DNA of 63,488 nucleotides, counting the filler, from Bigelowiella natans CCMP2755 (taxonomy: Eukaryota; Protista; Cercozoa), in the NCBI GenBank assembly GCA_000320545.1. It is 7 parts of 7 records of this genome, joined end to end, with 100 filler letters (N's around TTAATTAATTAA, not from the genome) between each part and the next. Parts side by side here need not be neighbours in the genome. Positions count along the whole stretch, not along the records: positions 52,473 to 61,818 come from ADNK01003600.1; positions 61,919 to 63,488 come from ADNK01003204.1; 5 more parts are not named here. One strand, written 5' to 3'. A program made the translations under genes and the position numbers. Shown here in pieces: positions 57,282 through 63,488 of this stretch (its first letter is position 1; each line of letters begins with the position of its first letter). The notes beneath the pieces are model-generated. The model was not told the DNA's origin. It ran no database searches and was given only the letters and a program-made list of their open reading frames with translations.

Positions 57282-58869
57282 ATGGCTTGCAGTTCTCTCT
57301 TCGGAGTGACAATTTGTCCATGTCGCAATCATAAAATCTCCGATGAATTCAGATATTTTCCCTTCTTCAAGCTTGCGGAAGCTGTGGTATGGACTAAACA
57401 ATGCCTTTTCGATCCTGCGACAACAGAGCTGTGCTCCGTCCTAAATCCCGCAAGGAAAGCTGAGAAAGCATCGTGGAACCACTCTTCTGACGCTTAACAA
57501 AGGTCTGTAGCACAGTTAGATAGAGGGGAAGGCAGCAGAGGACAGAATGCACAGCATTCTTTGATATTGTGATATATCTATTCATTACAACGACAAGGAC
57601 GCGAAGGAGTTTTTGCATTGAAATTGTAGGTTACCCGCCCCCCTCGACGGCCAAGTTTCAGATGGTGTCATCACGGAGAAAATGCTCAGAACTAGAAGAT
57701 AAATGCTCAAAATTACTCGAAAAGAAAGAAGGAGAAATCTCCAAATTGAAGGAGAAAATCATTGAATTGAAGAAGGCACTCTCAATATCGTGCAAGGAGA
57801 ATGAAGAAATAGAGCTACTTCGTGACGAATTGAGGATTTCACGCACTCGAATTGACGGATTTCCGTCCAGCGACGAAATATACAACCTTTATACCTTTGT
57901 AAGTGCAATGAAGATTGCATCCCCAAAACCTTCTGAATGCTTAACAAATATCGTATATAGGCCAGCTATCAATTGTACGAAAGAACCGGATTGGAAAAGG
58001 ATTTTGAAGCTAAAAAGTGTCTGAGCACGACCATCAAGGAGTCTTTCAACCATCTAAAGGGTGTACTTGATGGAAGAAGCCGGGATATTTGCTGTTCGGT
58101 TTTGCAAAATCACTTGAGCAAAAAGGACATGTATCCGTTTCACCATGCTGCTCGCACAGCCTTTTCTGTCGAGCTTGTTGGGTTGTTGGGGCCGGGCAGC
58201 TTCATGGATAATATAAGCAATCTATCAAAGTCTAAACGTGCTAAGTTCCTCCAGAATCTATTCAAAAAAGCCCCAAAATCCTTGAAGGATATGCGTGACC
58301 GATTGAAAGGATGTTCTTCGATGAATCTGACATGTCTCACCTTCAGCCTCTGGGCAATGGTTTTGGACTCTGAGCCCACTGAACTCAAAGAGTTTGAACC
58401 CGGACACAAATTCGATTCATATTATCACGACCCGAAAAGGAAGGATGGTGCATTAGGAACAGTGACAAGTTGCATTTACCCCGCAGTCATTTGTCAAGGT
58501 AGGGTAATACAGAAAGCCAAGGTCATCTTGAGGGGGGCATCGCAACAGAAAAGAGAAGATTCTGTACCAAGAGTAGATGCAACCAACTCTTATGATAGTC
58601 GCTCCGTTAATATAAATAAGTATAGGGATCATTTCATATTTTCCCCATCAAACACAGACAAAGCCCAGTGTAAAATCTGTAGCAAGTTCTATGCATGTGG
58701 GACCAACGTTGGGAATTTGAAGTGTCACCTGAAAATACATTTGAATCCTGCTGGTAAGATCTATGACGGGAAGACTGGCAGGAAAGAGACAGCTTTAAAT
58801 GCGCACAACGTGCCTTACAGAGCCAGGCCCAGAGCAAAAAGACGTCGGACTACTCAGCAAAGGAATTAA
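57282..58869 (+). CDS. Coiled-coil + GrpE/MIEAP-like beta domain + BED zinc finger protein (start 57282 or 57662)
   Basis: Exon 57630-57898 is coiled coil (ELEDKCSKLLEKKEGEISKLKEKIIELKK), then a GT-AG intron 57899-57960. Next come CLTFSLWAMVL..PGHKFDSYYHD..GTVTSCIYPAV..GRVIQKAKVIL and YRDHF..KAQCKICSK..GTNVGNLKCHLKIH, with a basic NLS-like tail. Confidence 0.75.
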
Positions 58870-59618
58870 AGCCTCGGCGAAGTGGAGGCACGGCCGTGGC
58901 GTCCATACTATGTTGATAGCATTAACCAGTTATAATCATCTACAAGTACCTAAGCATCTAACGTAGCCCGAGGGTAGCCGCTCACTAGCTATAGCGTATT
59001 GTGGCTTGGCATAGCGTATGAGACGAATGTACTTTAAGATTAAATTTTGTCTATCGCCATCCTAATATGTGGTAATACAATGCATATTTTTGGATGCGAG
59101 TTCCAATTCTTGTCAAGCAGAGCTTTCATGCATGATTTGTGCACGATATATGTATGGTGTACGCGTTTATTTCACAGATGTGCGCTGGTATACCTCCACG
59201 CTATTTTCATTGCACCTTTGCTTCTTGTTATAGCATAGCAGCGCGTGGCTGCATCACATGCTGCATTTAAAATACTATGTGCTGTTATTGTTGAGGACAG
59301 TACATTGATGTGATTCGTGCGAATTTCCCGCGAATCATTGATATAACGCATGAAATGTGCTTATACATTGTGTAGTATGTAAGGCACACGGTTGTGGGTG
59401 AAGTTAGATGCGCTTGTGTAATAACTGAACTTCGTTTACTTTTATTTTAATTTAGAAATTAGATTCATAATTTATGTACAAGTTGCAACGTAAAAATGAA
59501 AAGGAAATCATGTATTCTATGCCTTTATTCGGCGACTAAGTAAACTCTGGCATGTCGATCCTTGCCAGCATTGCGATTTCTCAATCCATGCAGAAGGAAA
59601 TTGAATGCAAACCTCGAC

Positions 59619-60355
59619 CTATCTCTTATACCACGGTCGCATCTTCGCGCGAGGCTGATTATCTGTCTCTCCATCTTCATTGCGCATATGAACACGTTTT
59701 GGATCGACCTTCCGAAGGGCATAGTGCATGAAGTTGCTTCTATTTAGCATAGCTGCTGTGGGCTCCTCCCAGCGACCCATCTGACCGTTGTACCAAGCTA
59801 AAACATACCCCCTTTCCGCTTCTTTCTTCCGATTATTGATCGTACTCGTAGCCATTCCTGCTATGGCAGTGACAGCAGCTAGACCAAGGAACATCGGTCG
59901 CTTGCCCTCCCCCAACTTAAGGAGCCATCTTGGGAGCTTCGGTGCCGCTTTCGCAGCCTCCGAGGCAGCGTATCCTTTGAATTCCGAGTCGAATCCTGCA
60001 TGCCGTGTTTTGGTGTAGGCTGTATAGTCATACTCCTTTCCCCAGTGTTGGCGTTTGTAGGTCTCTGAGTTTCTTGATGTCGCGCGCGTCCATGGCCCGG
60101 CTCCGGAGGCGTGATAAGGACGGTAGGGCCGGTGCTGGTAGTTTGGCATTCCATCGTATTCGCGTCGTGATTCTGTATCCTTCAAGTGCTGATAAGCCTC
60201 GCATATCTCTTTTGAATTTCTTCTCGCCTGCCGCCTTTTTGGTGTTCTGGAAGGGAGTCTGGGTGCCATTTCTTGGCGAGCTTCCGGTACGCGGCCTTCA
60301 CCTCATGTTCGGTCGCGGTGGGGGACACCCCCAAGGTAGTGTAATGATCTGGCAT
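59619..60355 (-). CDS. DnaJ (class C J-domain) protein with C-terminal TM; frameshifted in this assembly
   Basis: [31 protein letters not shown] continues in another frame as [20 protein letters not shown]. Removing one A from each of two homopolymers restores [33 protein letters not shown]. Confidence 0.9.
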
Positions 60356-61288
60356 AAGCGAGGCGCTCAGCAAGTGATCCAACGAGAAGCCTCACCAGTT
60401 GGCGCCTACGAGACGACGCCGAAGCTCGATGAAAACGTGAGGCAGGCAGCGGTCAGCCCTCCATTCTTCCTGTGGTGAATTACGGCACCTGCGACTTCAT
60501 TAGCTGGTTGTCGCACATGGGCATTTAGATCTGGTTTTCCGCCATTTATCCTCACTTCCAAAATTACCGGAAAACAAAAGATCCCAGAGGAGTTGGGTTC
60601 GAGCGAGAGTTCCAGATGTTCCCATGTTGATAATTTGACGAGATAGTGGCTTAGAAAGCAAGCCAAACAACAAAAGCAACAACAGTAAAAAAGAAGAAGC
60701 CGTACGAGAAGACGCGCGACTCCGAAGCTCATTACATGCTCCACGAAAATGCGACACGAAATCTGTCGTGCGACAACCGAAATTGTGCCAAGCCGGCAGC
60801 TGTTATATATTTTATCCATGCGACAAGGTAAAATTATGTCGCATACGAACAATGCGCTTAGTTTGGCTAAATCTGCGCCAGCTTCCAGGGAGCGATTCAT
60901 CTCCATTCCCGAGAATTAAAAGCGAATGGTGCTCACTCGACGCCTCTCATCTGCAGGTTCCCCTTCCGCAGTTTAATCTTGCTCTCATCGAGTGACAGAC
61001 CGCACCCGCCGTTCAGTGCCGCGGCATTTCTGGGTAATGTAGTGATGTTTTGTGTGCATAATTGGTACGTGCTCTCAGGGCGCTCTTTGAAACCGCTGCT
61101 CTCTCGCACACTCAGAAGGTCGGAGCCTGTTCTCGTGTTGATAGGAATGGGAACCGGGATAGAGGGTGTTTGTGGGGCGTTATTTCACCGCCGTCGACGT
61201 TTCCCTTGCTCGGCTATCATTCTGCTGGATCAAATGACGGCAATGTTGTGTACGGAGATCAACTTCGCGAGGATAAGTGTGTGTGTGC

Positions 61289-61366
<78 letters not shown>

Positions 61367-61757
61367 TTGTAGCAACTTCTCGAGCACGCAGCCGAAGAAA
61401 TTCGGAAATGTTGTACTCACTGATCGCATCAACTTCACAGGAGATGGCTTCATAGCTTCAACGAGCCTCTGATTCGTGAGAAGGTGGTAGACAGATATCA
61501 GCACTGACTCCCCAGTTTACAGGGAGGGGGGGGGCAGAAAGGGGAAGTGAGATTAAAAGAGTGCAAGATTAAGCGAAGGTGTATTTTGTGCTTTGTGTTT
61601 TGTGTTTTGTGTGTGTGTGTGTGTGTGTAATATGCTAGTTTCAGCTTCACGAGATAGTAAAATCGAGCGTTCTTAGCGGATCTATGACGTAAGCACGTAA
61701 ATTATGATATTCGATAGAATACTCGATAATGAAGAAGAATAAGAATAAGGATAAAAA

Positions 61758-61788
<31 letters not shown>

Positions 61789-61818
61789 AAGAAGAAGAAG
61801 GAGGAGGATGGAGGAGGA

Positions 61819-61918
61819 NNNNNNNNNNNNNNNNNNNNNNNNNNNNNNNNNNNNNNNNNNNNTTAATTAATTAANNNNNNNNNNNNNNNNNNNNNNNNNN
61901 NNNNNNNNNNNNNNNNNN
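61819..61918. other. Artificial contig linker
   Basis: N-run/TTAATTAATTAA/N-run. Confidence 0.99.
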
Positions 61919-62269
61919 CCGCTAAAATAAATATTAAAATAGAAGAGTAGAACATCTTTTGTTAACACTCTTTCCTTATCTCTTATACATAAAAAAAAAA
62001 ATGTACATGCAAATTTTTCATAATTAAGATAATTAGGAAAGATGTGCTCGTGATCCCCCCTCCCTGACCCCCCCGGGGGGGGGGGAAGGATTGAGGGGGG
62101 TGCTGAAGAGACAACTTTATTTTGCCATGCAAACTTGAGCATTCTTGCAAAATAGTGCCAGAGTTGATTGTTGTGTTGATGTGACTGGTGTTATCACGTC
62201 GATTTTGTTGGGAAAATATCGATGAATCTTGTCCACAACTACCACCGCTACTACTACTACGACGATTTA

Positions 62270-63420
62270 CTACCATCGTGCCGTTCCAGAGAGCGTCGTT
62301 GGAGACGACCTCTTTCCCAAGCTATTCCTCCCCGTAACCATATCGCTGTCGTTGTCGGAGCCGCTACTCATCATGCTCGAGTTCATCATGCTCGCAGCGC
62401 TCGAAAACGTCTGGGAAAAGTTCCAGTTTCCGGAGTCGGAAAGCTCTCCGCTGTCTTCGAATTGCGTTGACATGCTATGGGAGGTGGAGAGCAAACCGCC
62501 CTTCGTCGATCCAAGTCCTCCTCCCCTCCGACCTCTTCTTACTGGCGCCTGATTTCGGAAAGATGGCTTTGTCACTGAACCGGGCAAGGGAGGGGTGGGG
62601 GGGATGGGGTGGTTAAGAGTACGACATACCGTCGCTGAAAATCCGCCCGAGTTTGGGTTCGTGTACACCTGCAAACGCTTCCGTAGTTTCGCCTAGAAAT
62701 CAGAGAAAAAGAGAGGAGGGGGGGTGGGCGGGATAAGAATCGAATATTGACACATCCGAATACAGCAATCCACCAATGCAGCATACGAGCACCACTTCTG
62801 CTCTCCTTTCACATCGCTCACAGAAACGTGCCCGCGAGAAAGAAAACAAGTAATACCACCTCGACTTCATTAACAGAGGGGGGGGGGGGATGGAAGAAGA
62901 CAATGCGAGCACGCGCTCACACAGAGTAGTAGCATATTGCAGGCATCTTAGTTGTTGTTGCTGCTGCTGCTTACTTTACGCAAAGACGGGGATTTACGTC
63001 CTCGCAGAGTAGAGGACTTCTGAATTCCTAGATACATCAAACAACGCAGGGAGCAATGGGATGCCAGAACGTATGGAAAAATACGAATCAATCAAATCGA
63101 AAGCAAGCTATTTTTTCCTTTTCGCTTATTACCCCCCCCCCCCCCCAATCTCGGTCTCGCTGTTAGTTCCCCCATTATAGCATGTACGCCTTTTATTTCA
63201 AATGGCGGGTTGTTTCTTTCACATGCAGTGCTGGCGGCTGCTCCTAGTAGCTGCTGCGGATGGGACAGCACCTTGCTTTGTTGGCGACTTGGACGATTTC
63301 GATAGCTTTGAAATGAATGGAGAGCGATTTGGGGAGCGATCCGACTCCGAGCTAATGGTTTAGGTGTTTTTAAGGAGTAGGAAGAAGATGGAGGCGTGTT
63401 GATGGGACGACCGATGGTGA
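62270..63420 (-). CDS. Internal exons of a Ser-rich hypothetical protein
   Basis: GT-AG bounded open segments (e.g. APVRRGRRGG..SSPTTLSGTAR; IQKSSTLRGRKSPSL); no family recognised. Confidence 0.35.
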
Positions 63421-63488
63421 TGAAGATACAATGGGAAAATCTTAGAAAGAACATGCACATTCGATAAATACCGACGTTTCTGACCGGG

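Noticed and set aside
53849-59045. Imperfect inverted motifs bracketing the Hsp70/GrpE-BED pair as transposon TIRs
   Set aside because: The same motif follows unrelated genes (12.2 and 47.2 kb). No TSD or transposase is seen, and the inversion follows from divergent gene orientation.
60205-60245. Double frameshift in the J-domain as programmed frameshifting or pseudogene
   Set aside because: Both extra bases lie in A-homopolymers and removing them restores a canonical J-domain; most likely sequencing error.
60730-61470. Plus-strand exons divergent from DnaJ
   Set aside because: Probably a gene start, but no reliable frame or product could be assigned.

Overview
Eukaryotic nuclear DNA, not prokaryotic. 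Seven contigs are joined by 100-bp artificial linkers (N-run/TTAATTAATTAA/N-run), so neighbourhoods hold only within a contig. Intron-rich genes, abundant microsatellites, a Zn2Cys6 factor, INTS8 and a signal+transit-peptide-like leader suggest a protist with a complex plastid (chlorarachniophyte-like; inference). Genes spliced by hand: mago nashi, INTS8, mitochondrial bL31-like, an FF-domain protein, a GT61-GT31 fusion, TMEM258/OST5, an aquaporin (5' part), a DUF4440-like protein, PDCD5, an EF-hand/amino-acid transporter fusion, a GT34-like glycosyltransferase, ValRS (3' part), a Zn2Cys6 factor, an HSPA12-like Hsp70, a coiled-coil/GrpE(MIEAP)-like/BED-finger protein and a DnaJ protein. Best candidate for an undescribed system: the single-contig trio at 54-60.4 kb, a divergent Hsp70 head-to-head with a GrpE-like protein carrying a BED zinc finger, followed by a J-protein. 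Also notable: a ~165-bp-arm hairpin, a recurrent 3'-end motif, palindrome-dense spacers after gene ends and near-strict strand alternation. All family assignments come from motif recognition by eye, not database searches.
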